Below, piece after piece: positions 48,261 to 62,519 of a stretch of 64,000 nt of DNA. The position numbers and the translations under genes are program-made. Where the stretch lies: NCBI GenBank assembly GCA_028023455.1, contig JAQFVV010000001.1, forward strand, positions 124,001-188,000, read 5' to 3'. Source of the DNA: Epiperipatus broadwayi (taxonomy: Eukaryota > Animalia > Onychophora). The stretch's first letter is position 1. Each line of letters begins with the position of its first letter. The notes under the pieces are model-generated. The model saw only the letters and a list, made by a program, of their open reading frames with translations. It made no database searches and was not told the origin of the DNA.

Positions 48261-51120
48261 TTTTATATATATATAAAGAGAGAAAGATATATGTATTTAA
48301 TCATACATTTGAATGTGTAAAACGGTAGCATCCCTAAGATTGGTCACCCAAGCATATGCCTAGAACCTCAAAGGCTAGTTGGGCCCTGTACCTAGCTACC
48401 TTATTTTAATTAACAACACAATATATATCTTATGCATTAATAAAATAGACTGAGAAACAAACATTTTTTGCAAGTTCTTATATATAAAGCTAAAGCTTAT
48501 TTTTAAAATGAAGTGCACCAAATTTTCAAACATCTCACTTTTTTATTTGCTGGAGGCCCTAGACCGTATTTGTGCCTGGAACCTCAAAATCCAAAGGGTG
48601 GCATTGGTGTAAAGAAATATCTCTAGATGATTATTTCTTTTGGTTTACAAACACACACATGTATAAGTAGCTTGAATACATAATTGCTAATATTTTAATA
48701 AATATACAATAAATGGTTATTTTCATTATCATTTTTTAAAAAGTATATATAATACATTATTAGTATTACTTGTTGAGTAATTTCAGACGCTTATTTCTAA
48801 GGTTACAGCCTTAGTAAATTATTACTTAATATAATAATGGGCGTTTAATAAAATTTATAATTATTACTTATTGATTAAAATATATAGAATGGTATTTAAT
48901 GATTTAGTAAATGTTTATACATTTAACAGCAGCACAGGTTTTTTTCATGTTACAGATATTTAATGGTGTTAAATAAAATAAAATATACTGATAAAATATC
49001 AAAAAACTATAAATTTTATATATATATTAATCAAAATTTTCTGGAATAAGTTCTACAACATTCAAATACTAATATAAAGAAATCAATAATAGCTATAGCC
49101 ATCTTATGACAGCTACACCATAGTGAATAGTATTTAACAGTTAAAATTTAGACAGTAACAAAAAATCTCACTAAAGTTAATGTTGTGTGACTTTAACGAT
49201 ATTTGTTGTTGTTGTTGTTTAAATTCTGTTAAATGTTTTTCAGGATATTATACACTTCTGCAAGGTGACTATAGCTACTATCGATTTGTTTTTATATTGG
49301 CACACTGAATATTACAGAATTTATTTCAAAATATTTTGCTAATTATATTTATTTTATCTGATTTTGTATATATGAACATGCTAATTTGAAGATTTAATAT
49401 CAAATACATCTGTTACAGCTACATATAAAGCAATATAATGGATCACATTCTTGAACATCACAGTATATCTGATCAGTTGTTATATACTGTTCTCTTCAAA
49501 GTAGACATTAAATTGAGATAGTGAATTCAAAAAAGCTATTTTTTGCTAGCACTAGAAACCAACAGACATATCTTTGAAGTGAAGGATAGAACAAGCTAGT
49601 TAACATTTATTTGAAAGCAAGCATTTTATTCTGATTAAGTTTAAATTAATGAGTAATTATGCTGCTTATATAGAAAATTGTCAACATGAGTTTAAAAAAT
49701 GTGGCAATTTATATTACATACACATTATAAAATAAATTAGGGCAAATATGTAAAATTAAAGAACAATTTTAAATATTAGTAAAAATATTTAAAATAATAA
49801 AATGGAATTTAAAATATGACTAAAAATAAATATCTTACTTATTTTGATAAAGTGATGATAAGATATATGTTTTTTTCTAATTAAATGTATGCCAGTATTG
49901 TCATCATGTTAAAGTTAGGTATTGAACTCAGGCTACAGACAATTTCCACAATTCATGGATAGTGTAATGATCTTCAAACATGATGATTAATTATGTAAAA
50001 TTAGTAAGCAATGACCATCAAGAATATTTTCTACTGCCTGCAAAATATAGCATTAATCAATGACAATTAGGTAATATTTTCAATATTAATAGTTATTTAC
50101 ATTTCTCTTTCTTTCATTTTTTCTTATTATCTTCAGTTATTTATATTAAGTTTCTTATGTGATTGGCTATTTATTTGCATCAACTATGACCATAGGATTA
50201 TCTCTTCATATAACCATTTTCCAGTCTTTGATTACATTCATGGCATTTCTGACTCTTCTTTCTTTTTTATCTTTTTTTTTTCTATATGCAGGTGTATATT
50301 AACATATAAAGTAAACAAGGATATCTGCATTGAGAAAACTAGGCAGGAGACTTGATTAAAAAACTGGAAGATTTTGTAGTCTTATATAAGGCAGTATTTT
50401 CAGTAAATAGGTTCTTTGAAAAAGATTTGGATAGAAATTTCATTCTGAAAATGTGTGCCAAAATAGTTTTCTTTAGAGAATTGTCTGTTTTTGTAAATAT
50501 AAATGAACCTAGATAAGATTATCTAAAATAAACTATCTTTAAATATCTGGCTTGGTTACTATTCTTCAAAAATTTATTATTTAAGTACTATTAAAACTTG
50601 TAATATTAATATGGGAAATAGAAGTAATATAGGAAATAATGTTGGTAACTATTTATTTATTTTTTCTAAATTTAGAGGACAGAATATGTGAGCATTGTTT
50701 AGTGTGTATCTTTCAGAACCTGAAAATAGAATAGTGCTTATACCTAAGAAGTTATCAAAATTTAGTAAGGAAAAACAAACAAACTATTAAACTGAATAGA
50801 TAAATGTCTATAAGTTATTTTTGTAATAACAGTTCATTGAATGAAAGGAAATTACATGATGTTAAGTTTACTACAAACTCTAACTTAGTATATTCTATAC
50901 TCTTCTTGGAATTTTTAATTGTATCAATGAAAGTTTTTAAAGGTTTTGTGCAATAATATATCTGCTTTCATTTCACTAATGTTTATACTCTAATGATAAA
51001 ATTTATTAGGGATGGGGGAAAGTGTTTATTCTATATTAAATAGTGTTTTCAAAAAAGCTTCCCATAATTCTCTCAAATACCTATGAAGTAAAAACAATAA
51101 TATTGTCTTGGTCTATAAAC

Positions 51121-51206
51121 CAAATCCTCAAACTAGTTTCAGTTTATTGGCCTACAGCGGTAGGGAGCATTGGAGTTGTATAAACGCAGCAAGCAGCCAT
51201 CTTTAC
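51121..51206 (-). repeat. Heavily decayed family A copy (GAAACTAGT retained, CUGANGA lost)
   Basis: Minus strand AAAGATGGCTGCT...CCAATGCTCC...AGGCCAATAAACTGAAACTAGTTTGAGGA parallels the A2 monomer around 20495-20604. Confidence 0.45.
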
Positions 51207-52368
51207 TTATTTTAGATCTTCCAACTAATAACTCAAAATTTAAACATCCTAAATTTCTGAATCCAATTTACAACTTGTTTATGTAGCTATATATTTTAGT
51301 GACATCAGTTATTATCTTAACTATAGACCCTTTTATAATAAAAAAAAGCATCACATGACTCCAATCTTACTTTTAACATCTGCTTTGGAAGCAATAACCC
51401 ATTATATTATACTAATTTAGATCCAACTAGCATAAACTTGAACCTTCAATAATTATTACATGCAAGTATCAACTAAATACTGAGATCAGTGTTTTTTCAA
51501 AAGTGACTACAATTAATATCTAATATAATTGGATCTCTGAAACATGTGATTATTGGTTTACTATCACATCTATACAGCAGTATAAATAAATCGGTTTGGG
51601 TTCAAAACTTTAAAAAAAAATTGAACAAAAAGTTACAGATGAGTTTGTAATGCCTATAAAATTAATAAGTGAAATTACAAATATATTCATGTATGTTATA
51701 TGCTGATCTTTTACTTTTATCTGATGATATTTTGCGGTGTTATATTTTACCTTCTGTCGCAAATATTTATTTCTAAATGACTTCAGCATTTTGCCTAATT
51801 GTAGTTCTCATGTGTATTCCATCTTTAGCATGCTTTTCAACCGAAAGCAATCTATAACATCTCTTTAGAACTATTTTGAGATAATCTTAATAACAAAAAG
51901 TAGTTAACTGTGAATTAATTAACTATTTTTAAGTAATTAAAATTAATGAACAGTATTTTGGAAAGCTATTAAGCCTAATTACAGATTGCATGTTTTCTGA
52001 AGGTCAAAGCGTGCTGTTTTTCTCAATTTTTACGATAAAAACAAACATAATAAAAACATTCATAATTCTTTATAACTCAGATTAAAGGACTTCCATTATC
52101 TTATAAGAATGAAAAAATAAATAAAATTAGCAAATAATAAAATGTATTATTTTATTGTAATAAATTTACTATCCCCTCCCTCTCCCATCTTTCGCGTGCA
52201 TTTACTACAAATTGATAACATAAAAATTTGCTCTAATAAATATTTAAACATTGTATAATTAGTTTAATTTAAATATTATTTTTGGAGTAATGGAAAGAAG
52301 AATGTTAATTAAGAATATAAAAAGGTAAAAATAATCAATGATAAATGTTCGATACAATTGTTAAACAA

Positions 52369-52382
52369 TCGCTAGAGGGCGC
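52369..52382 (+). promoter_or_regulatory. CTCF-like motif TCGCTAGAGGGCGC about 80 bp upstream of the GRXCR-like ATG
   Basis: Close match to the CTCF core CCRCYAGRKGGCRS, and a rare GC/CpG-rich word in AT-rich DNA. Confidence 0.5.
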
Positions 52383-52459
52383 AAAACTCTGAATATGCAA
52401 AAAAAAAAATTATATGTAAACTTGTCTCTAGGTCATGTAGTTACTATTCTCCCAACAAC

Positions 52460-53023
52460 ATGCCGCACTTTATGGCCTCCGATTCTTACGCTTTGAATAA
52501 AGTTACTTCAGATAATGAAAATCTTTTTAAAGAATTGTGTAGAAAATTTGATGAGACACTAAAGCCGAAGTTAAAACCTGTGTCAAATAAAAATGGATTA
52601 CGGAGTTTTTTGCGAAGAGGAAATTATTCTCATTACACTTACCACGGACCATTCAAAGCTTCCAATTCCTTATTGAAAATAAATGGAATTAAAAAACATT
52701 CCAACCCAGACGGAAAAAATCAACTTATTATTCAAGAAAATTCTATATTTCATGAAAATCCAAATAGACCTTTAAACGGAACATCTTTTAGAATAACCTC
52801 CGGTAGTTGCGGCCGAAGTAGTTTCACATGCGGTAGATCTCATACCTATAAAGAAATCGTAAGTCCTTTTCGAAAAGAAGCAGAACATTTCAAAGGGCAA
52901 AAAGATTTATTTAATTTAAATGAAACACAAATTTTAAGCCAAAAAGGAACCGTAAGAGGAGTTAAAAATAGAGTACGAGCCGGAATAGCCACTTTTCTAG
53001 AAATTCATCCCGAATATCAAAAG
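52460..53023 (+). CDS. First coding exon (188 codons) of a glutaredoxin domain-containing cysteine-rich protein (Drosophila CG31559 / GRXCR1-like); downstream exons not found in the window
   Basis: Longest ORF in the track. It ends in GTVRGVKNRVRAGIATFL, which I recognise as the conserved segment preceding the GRX domain of CG31559-like proteins. AAG/GTAGGT donor at 53024. Confidence 0.82.
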
Positions 53024-56000
53024 GTAGGTTATTTTGATATTTTCTTTTTGTTTTTACTACTTATTATTGTACTCATTTTGTTAATTTAATACTGCAGATA
53101 ATGCTTAAGTCATTGTTATTAATTTCAGCTAGTCAAAGAAAAAAATAATATCTAGGAGGAGGGGATAAATGTATATAAATACTAAAGGCGTAAAAAAAAA
53201 GTTTTACTTATGTTTTTCGAGAGTGTATAATGAAGTGGAGCTTATCTATAAAAAATAAAAATGTTAAATTTTGTATGCTACAATTTGTCTGTAGAGATTT
53301 CTGCTTTGCCTTTGCAGTTGTTTCTTTTTTTTTTTAATCTATTAGGGACTTAAACCCATACTTCGATGTGCCATTTAAGTTACTAATACTATATGCCATC
53401 CATTGAAAATGATCCTATGCATAATTGTGTCTGCTAAGTAAAAACTGAAAATAAATACCTTTAACTAACTATACGCGTGAAATATTTAAAGTTAGCTTTT
53501 CCGGAAATTTGTCGTTATGCGCTGTAATAACAAATAGATATTTAATTATCGTCCTAATCATTCAATATTTTATTTTTCACGTCAACTTAATGTAAACAAT
53601 AATTCATAATTTTCTATTAAACTGTTATAATGATATCAATAAAATTGGGCTTTATATCGATCTTAATTCAACCAATGAAAGACAAAATTTACACTTTTTA
53701 TATATCTCGATATAAAGAGTTTATAGTGCAAACTGAAAATTGTAAAAATAATTATGTTAAGTGGTTTGCTAGCAATCATTATCACTGACGATGATTAATT
53801 TCTGCCACTTGATCATGGTATCATATGCTTATTAACCCTAATCTGCTTTCTGACAATAATTTAACATTTACTGTGTTAAGAAGATAGTAAGCAATGGCTA
53901 AACGTAGTCTGATTAACAAAATCACCTTGTTATCTTCTCTCTATTGCAGTACCTACCTTGTTTCCTCCTCTCTATTGCAGTACGAGCATAAAGAAAGCTT
54001 TTTAAATGGCTCAATTGCTGATGATAATAAAAAAAGTTTTGAGGTGGGGGAGGGGGATTTCATTTTTTTCTGAAAAATTGATATGGAATTGTGTTGGTCT
54101 AATATTTTGGAATTCAAATGTCATTTGACTAGCTTTCTCACTTTTTTAAATAACTTAAATTTTAATTCTTGCTGTCTATGAAAATCACTGTATAGATATG
54201 TTAATAATTTGTACATTTTATATTTTGTCATTTTATACAAAAACACCCACATCACTAATACTACAAAGTAATTGAATGATCAATTGCTCAGAAGGAAAGT
54301 CATGAGACCTATAAGCAGCAGAAGTGGCAGTTTAAATCTTGACCAGGGAGCTTTTAATTCTCGAATTTATCTCTGCATTAAAATGAGCACAATACATAAA
54401 TTGAATTAAAATGTACAAACATAAAAGTAAAAAAAAATTAAATTCATTGAATAATAAGACATAATCTTGAGAATTTGTCTTAGTATAAAAAATTATATAA
54501 TTTGACGAACTATCCCAACAAATTTAATTTTTTTAATATTGCCTTATTTGAAACCATGATATAATACTACAAACTTGTCTAGGTGCAAAAATATATAGTA
54601 TACAATTATAAATATGTTAGTAGCTTCTATATATTCTAGCTAGTTATTGAATGCTATATGATGATTTCTTTAGAAGCGGTTATTCTGATATTTTTTCCTA
54701 TTGGTCACATCTTTGTCTCATCTAAGCACAAATGGAAACAAGGTTTTGAATCAAATACATACAATATTAAGAAGTTATGCCATTATTTGCTACTGTGACA
54801 TTATCGGAATTAAAAAAAAATTGTAGTCGTTAATGCAGTAATAAAATATAAAGGCATGACAACAGTAACATATCAGTAATTCAGAGATATTTATAACTAC
54901 TTATACTGCATCTTTTCCCTTGAATTTATTGCTATTGTCATTCAAATATTATTAATTTTTTTTTTACAAAAGTTATTATGTATTAGTAAGGTAAGAATAA
55001 TATTTCAATCTATTCTTTGCTTCATATTATGTTTATTTTTATAGTATATATAATATTCAAGCTAAAACCCAAAATATTGTACAAGGTTTTAATCTCAAAT
55101 GTTATTTATACATTAATTCTGGGATGAGCTATTCTTTTACATTCTCACACCTATAAAAAAATAATTTTCTGGGTTTAAATACATTTAACAATATGTTTTT
55201 GAAGTAAAAGAGGACCTCCTTTTACTTTAATAAAAAAAACCTCAAGAAAAGAGCTATTATAGGTTAATGGATAAAAACTTGTTTAGTCTCAGGTTAATTG
55301 TCAATTATCAGTAATTGGTAGGTTCCTGGTAACATCAAAAGGCAAAAGTTATTTCTGTTTATATGGAAATAATCTCCTTATTTCTATTATTTATTATAAT
55401 AACAATCCATGAAAATATTTAATTCAATGTGCATATATATTAGAGCTGTTGTAATTTTGAAATTAGCAATCTGTCCATGAATTTTTTATAATCAATTTTT
55501 ATTGATAAGATCATTTGGATCTCTTGAGTTTTATTGATAAAAAACAATAATAAAGACAAGAAGACAAAAATCAAAACGATAAATTTAAATATGGAAGTTA
55601 AAAGTCATATTTGACATTTCAATATTAGCTATTATGACACAATATCTTGATTAAGAGAATGCAATGAAACAAATTTTATTGATTATGCTTTTTTCCTATT
55701 TGATTGGGCAGGGGGGACGACAAAATTTAGTTGATTTTCATGATTTAAATAATTTGTTCAAAGCTCCTAAGAAATAATGTTAAATGATCTAAATCTGATG
55801 CTTTCATTTAAAACATTTGGTTCAGTTCTTATTTGGATATGTAGTGAAAAATTGCATTGTTTCTCATCTCATCTCTCACAGCACAGCATGTCACTGATAT
55901 ATGTATATATTTAATATTTTCATGGTTACATGATGAAAAAAAAGTCTTTTGTGAGTTATACCTTGTGTTATTTTGTTTTAATTTTGGATGTTTCAACAAT

Positions 56001-58791
56001 GAAATAACATCTTATTATTAAAAATTCATTAAGATCTTATCCTTGACAAAGAAGAATGTTATTTAATCAAAATGTCAGAAATTAAAACAATATATATCAT
56101 GGAAAATAATCTGCATTTCATTTATGAATAAGTAGATAGAAGTTGTTATTGTTTTTTTTTTTTTTTACTTATTTGTAAATCAATAGATAAATCACAATTT
56201 AAAAAGCCCTTCCTACTAAGCACTCCTGAATCATCACTAATTGATTTCAGAATTGTATAGATTAAAATAAATAGCCATTTATTAGTAAGAATAATAAGCT
56301 ATTTCCTGCTTCTCCAAATAATTTTTATAATTGCCAATAACATTTAAGTTTTTATTTTTGTACATGTTAGAACAAATAGTATATTTTTTTCATTTTAATA
56401 TACTTTAATGAGGATATTTAAGGTCTGTGATTATCTTTAATAGTCAAATGCTATAATAAATTTTGTTAAGGGGATAGCAAGGAATGGCAAACTAATATTG
56501 ATGATTACCAAGAAGCATTTGTTAATTTAACCTCCCTTTGAGGAAAGAACTGGACATATGCACAAACATTATTTACTCATTTATAAATACTATGTATTAA
56601 TTTATAAATAGATTAATAATTAGAGAATCATCAAGATTGTGTGAATGGTATTAAATTATCTATAATTTGGTCTCCATAAACATTTACACACACACCCTCA
56701 ACCCAAATACCCCATAAGCACTTCATTGAATCTTTTTTTTTTTTTTTAATAAAATAAGCTTATATTAGAGTTTGAATAGTGTATATTTATTATAAATATG
56801 ATCTTTAGATAAAATAAAATGTTTAATTGAGATGGAACTCTGAAAAAACTATTTAGTCATTTTTCTCAGTTATTGTATTTTTTTAATGATAAGTAATTAG
56901 TTCATAAGATATACTTATAATGTGTAAAGAATTTTAGGTTTAGGTTTATAAATCTCTTAAAAAGATTATTTTTATTACTAAGTAATAAAGTTAAAAAATA
57001 ATAAAAATATTCTAATTTTTTTAATGTTTACTTTGAGATTTTTAAATTTGGTGGTTACTAATTAATTATATGATTATTTTTAAAAATTAAATGATAAAAA
57101 GTTATTAATATTTCAGAACAATTTAAAAAAGGAAAGTCTATTATTAATATGATTTAATTTTACATTTTATAAATTAACAAAAAGATTTATTTTCAACTTA
57201 TTTTTTCTTTATTCTAGAAAACCCATAAAAAAGTCTTAAAATTATTTCTTAGATTTTGTAAACATATCAGTCATAAAACCATAAAAATTCTTTTCTCAAG
57301 TGCTGACTGGCATTCTTCTTTCTATAGATGGCAAAGAAGATTATTTAGCCTGTCCTGGTTTTAAAATCAAAGTATCTATATACATTTCTTGCCAGAAGGC
57401 AGTTTAGAGCTGGTATAATTGATATTTTACTTTCACCTTGTCTTGATTGGTTAAAATGCATTTAAAAAAACTACAACTTTCTTATACATTTTTATTATTT
57501 TCTAAAATATTCCATTTTTGCTGGTAAGCTAACAATTTATCAACTTTGTTATTCTCCAAAATGATTAAATGTTTATTATTATTGCATGTCATTAGAACTG
57601 TTGTATTTAATAAAATTTCATTCAACAACAAAATAAATGAGGTCGCCAGAATTTACTTAAATTATTGCAATCTGATAAAAATGCATAGCTTAATTAAAAA
57701 CAGTCAATTAATTAAAAATGATTGCAAATTTATTGAGATGTAAAAAAGAACTATAGTGAGCCAGTTGCCATTTTGGCCTTTATATTTATAAATAAATGTT
57801 TGATATACATTCAAGAAATTTAAAGATTTCATCTCTATAATTATTTTATTTTAAAATGTTATATAAAGTAATAAAAGAATTTAATGAAAAGCCATCTATA
57901 AAAAACTATAAATTATTTCTTTGTTCAAAATTAGTCACTTCATTTAATATAATTAATTTAATGGTAAATTTTTAAAAAAAAAAAGAATTACCCATAAAAA
58001 CGAGCAACATTAAAAATAGCAACTATTTTTATTTGATTAAAATTTTTACATTTGCAATATTGTAAGATTGCTTAAGAGAATTAGTGCCTTCCTTATTGTT
58101 AAAATTAATGTTAGAGTCTATTTCTGTTAATAATCCTTTATGAATGAGTGTATAATTTATTAGTGACTGAAAGTCACATAGTTTAAGAATATAGGTGTAT
58201 GTAATTAATATGTCTGTGCAGAAAGTTGTGGATGTTTGAGCAAATTTGATTGTACTGAATAGATGATGAGCAAATGTATCTGACCAACTATAATAACCAA
58301 TACAGAATCCTTTTTTGTTTTTTGGGAAAAAGATTCCGAAAAAAAAAAAAAGTCAGAACATTGGAATAAGTGTGTTTATAGTTAAACCATACAATTATTA
58401 TCAAAGAATTTTGACAATGATTGTATTCTTAATAAATCAATTAAAAGGAAATAGATAATATTTTCTGTTTTTTATACTAACAAAATATATATAGAATTTT
58501 ATAAGCAATTAAGAAATTTAAAAGCAGAAATTTAATGATGACAAGAAAACAGGTGAATAATTGGTTGATTAAAATTGCCAAGTGCTAATCATAGTTACTT
58601 TAAGTCTCCCTTGTTTTCTTTTTGTTGTTGTTGTTGTTTATGTATTGCAATGAATATATGAACCTGAAAATAATATCATAATTTTATAAAAATCAGTGGA
58701 TGACATTTTTTTGTGCATCAGTGATGGAATTTCAAATGGTTAAAGAAAGAAATGATCAGGTTTAATAATTGATTTTAATGATATAGTCATT

Positions 58792-59002
58792 AAACCACTA
58801 AACATCACATGATCACTATCTCATACAAGCACATAATTGTTATTAAACAATTCAAAACAAAGCAAAACTCTCCATATAAGGCTCCTCACAAGCCAGAAAC
58901 TAGTCTGGGGATATTGGATGAGTAGGCACTAGATAGGGATTTTATGCACAAGCCTTCTGGCATCCATTGATTGCTCTTGTTAGCACAAGATGGCACTACT
59001 AT
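58792..59002 (+). mobile_element. Family A element A4: inverted tail arm plus a sense copy whose CUGACGA core has been deleted
   Basis: GCTCCTCA joins directly to CAAGCCAGAAACTAGTCTGGGGA (~13 bp missing); the family tail runs to GATGGCACTAC. Confidence 0.82.
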
Positions 59003-59719
59003 TATTTTATTTATATTTAGATAGAATCAGCTCTGTAATATTAAAATGGAAAGTTAAAAGTCTGACGAGATACATGGAAAAATAGTTTATGATTTACAAT
59101 GTTTTTCTTTTTAGATTTCACCTAGAAAACTTAATTATTAATGGTGTATTAATGGTGTCAATACATGTGAAACTTTTTTAACATAAAAATGACTTTTTTT
59201 ATTATTTTTTAATTAAATTGGGTATTATTTGAGTTTCCAGATAATATTTTTCTTATATTGTTGCAAAAAATAGTATGATGTATAATTTTTTTTTTAATTT
59301 ACAAAAATTATTTGAAATATTTCTTGAATAAAAAGTTAATGTATGAATAAAATAAATCAAACTAAAAAAAAATCATTTTGATTTGAAAATTATTTAATTT
59401 CTGAATGCATGCACTATTATCTATCTTCTAACCACCTTAGAATTAAGTTTGATTGAAAATAATGTTTTTTAAAAAATATATAAGTACAACAAATAAAAAC
59501 TGAGTACAAAAAAATAAATTGTTTAGGGAATATTTTTAATTAATTAAAATTAACAACATCTCTGAATTGTTTAAAAGTTATATTGATTTTTTTAGATAAT
59601 ACTTTTAAAATTCCAGACTAATTTGGTCTCTAAAGAATCCATTAACGACATATATATATATAAAATGTCCATTAATTAAAAAAATATTGTAATAACAATA
59701 ATAAATATAATGATAATAA

Positions 59720-62440
59720 AACTATTATGTATAGTCTTTCATTCCTGAAGAAGTACTTTCAGTTAATTCCTTAATCTGCCTCAACTGCCATTAAGTTAAA
59801 AAAAAAAAGGAAGCAAATGTCATCAACTCAAATCCCACGAATCCCGAATTTTAATGTTAGCAACTTGTCTATTAATTAACTTCATTTTATTCCTATTTAT
59901 TAATATAGCCTCTTTAATTTTTTTTTTATTATGGTTTCTCTCTTTATGAAAAATTTAACACTTTTAATATCAAACTTAAATTTATATTTACATGTCCTTT
60001 CATGATTAAAAAAAAAACTGAAGCAGTCATTACAATTATTTTTACTTTTCACATGCTTATATTAACAATTCATGCTCCTTGAATTTTTTTTCAGTACTGC
60101 GCCTTGATTCACCTATATATGATAACATACATTAAAGCATTGGATCATCAAGGTATAGATCCAGGATATTGTCATATTTTAAAGAATATTTATAAAAATG
60201 CAACAGCAACAATTAGATTATATAATGATACTAGGAAAGTCAACATTGAGAAGGGTATAAAAGAGGGTAACTCCATATCTCCAAAACTTTTTACAGCAGT
60301 GCTGCAAGAAGTATTTTGTGTATTAAAATGGGAATCTAAAGGAGTGAAAGTAAATGGAGATTATTTAAGTCATTTAGATTTTGCAGATGATGTAGTTGTT
60401 TTTGCAAATAATGCTTTAGAGCTGCAGGAAATGTTGCAGGAGTTATCAGATGAAAGTTGGAAAGTAGGTCTAAAGATAAATATTAAAAAGTCTAAAGTAA
60501 TGTTTAATGGATTTTCTCAAAATATGAAAATAAAGATTGATTATGATGAGTAAGAAGAAGTTAACAGCTACAAATATCTTGGTCAGATTATTAATGCAGA
60601 TGAAAACATAATGGATAAAATTAATCATAGAATTAAACTTGGTTGGAGTGCTTTTGGTAGAAATAACTTGATACTAAAAGAAAATATGCCTATGTGTTTG
60701 AAAAGAAAGGTTTTTAATAAATGTGTTTTACCAGTTCTTTCTTATGGATCTGAGACTTGGGCACTTAATAGAAGAGCGATACAGAGACTTCTGACCACTC
60801 AAAGAAGTATGGAGAGATGCATGTTAGGAGTAACAAGAAGAGATCGAAAATGCAATATATGGATAAGAGAAACTATTGACCTCATTGAAAAAATTAAAAC
60901 ACTGAAGTGGAGTTGGGCTGGACATATTGCTAGAAGACATGATAATAGATGGACAATTGAAATCTTAAACTGGATTCCAGGAGATTTAAAAGACCCAGAA
61001 AGAGACCACATGTGAGATAGATGGATGAAATAAGAAAGTGTGCAGGGGTGATGTGGATAAGAGAAACTGAAGATCAGAGATGGTTTGAACTTGGAGAGAC
61101 CTTCTTTCTGCAGTGGATTGATAATGGTTGGTGATGATGATGATGACATCCACAAAAAATTTGATACACAATATTACTTTTCTGCTTGACAGATATGACA
61201 TTTTTAGAAGTATTCATTAATTTATTAACATTATTTGTAACACAAAATGAAATATTAAACACATTCTTATATATATCCTTAAAAAGTTTCACTTGAGCAT
61301 TTTAAACAAATGGAATAGATATCCATTTTTTACTATCAATCTTCAACTCCTTTAAACCATTATATCTTCTTTTAAATAGACATAAACTATTGTTAATCTG
61401 TTCCATCTTATAACTAACTTTAAGCAATTCCTTGACAAATATCTCAACATTTTTTAATTTATCGCACTGATAATAATGTAATTTTTCATTATGAAAAAAA
61501 AAAAGATCTAAAACTTGCCATTTTATGCATAATTGGTACTTTTGATTTACAATTTATATATCCCCTTTTTTTGCAATGGTTTGATTATTAATTTATAACT
61601 TAACATCCTATTATCTCTTATAATAATTAAATCCAAATACTTAATATTTTTGTCCTGTTCATTTTCAATAGTCCATTTCAAGCCTTCTCTACAAGCAAAT
61701 TTATAGTATTGGTATATCCACACACAAAAACATCATCCACATACCTTTTGTAAATTTTAATATCTTTAAAAGAACACATATTTAAAATACTACTCTCATA
61801 TATAGACAAAACAAAATTTCAAACTTGTGCAACAACAGGCAGACCCATAAGCCAACCTTGAGACATTTTATAATATCCACTTTCAAAAGAAGCAACAAAG
61901 TTATCATCAAACAATTTTAAAGAATTAATAAAATTTTATCTTATATTTACAAATACCTTTACTTTTTAATGCATGTTCAATATGGAATCCAGTCTATCAA
62001 TCAAACTATACATTTCTGTTATATCTAATGAAGTAATAACCTTCTTATTAATCATTATATTTTTAATTCTAGCTACAAAATCAAAAGGTGACCCAATAAT
62101 ATTTTCCCTAGTCCTAAAAACTCTTGTAATAGCTTACCAATATATTTAGAAGTCTGATACATAAATGAACCACCAATATCAATCATAATTCGCAAAGGAT
62201 TGCCTTCCTTATGTAACTTTATATTTGCAAAAAATATGAGGACATACCAGCACAGGAAGGATAAATCTTATATTATACATTATTACTTATGTCTTTATTT
62301 TTAACATTTTTTAAAATATTGTTAATAATTTTTTTCTCTGACTATCCATATTATATTCTTCATGCACTTTAACTTTCTCAGTATACTGACATTTCATCAT
62401 TAAACATATCCACAGCCCTTTATCTCTTTCAAACAAATCA
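59720..62440 (-). mobile_element. Penelope-like element relic (RT, GIY-YIG, terminal HHR-like motif at 59747-59788), split by an RTE insertion
   Basis: KLHKEGNPLRIMI, ITSLDITEMY, GLPMG, RYVDDVF and KQKSNIVYQIFCGC motifs. The EN sequence resumes at 60132. Confidence 0.85.
60133..61145 (+). mobile_element. 5'-truncated RTE-clade LINE: RT C-terminal half, one in-frame stop at 60551-60553, (TGA)5 tail
   Basis: GIKEGNSISPKLF, LDFADD, YKYLGQ and KWSWAGHIARR motifs. Tail at 61132-61146. 4-bp ACAT duplication at 60129-60132 and 61146-61149. Confidence 0.92.
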
Positions 62441-62519
62441 TATTATTCTTCAGCCTCTATTTAAATTCCAAAATGGCCAATTCCCATGACTTATCATATG
62501 GAATCACATTCAATTTATT

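Noticed and set aside
53783-53810. CTGACGA followed by TGATT, a possible hammerhead core
   Set aside because: No GAAA or UH element follows at a compatible distance; it is only a small local hairpin.
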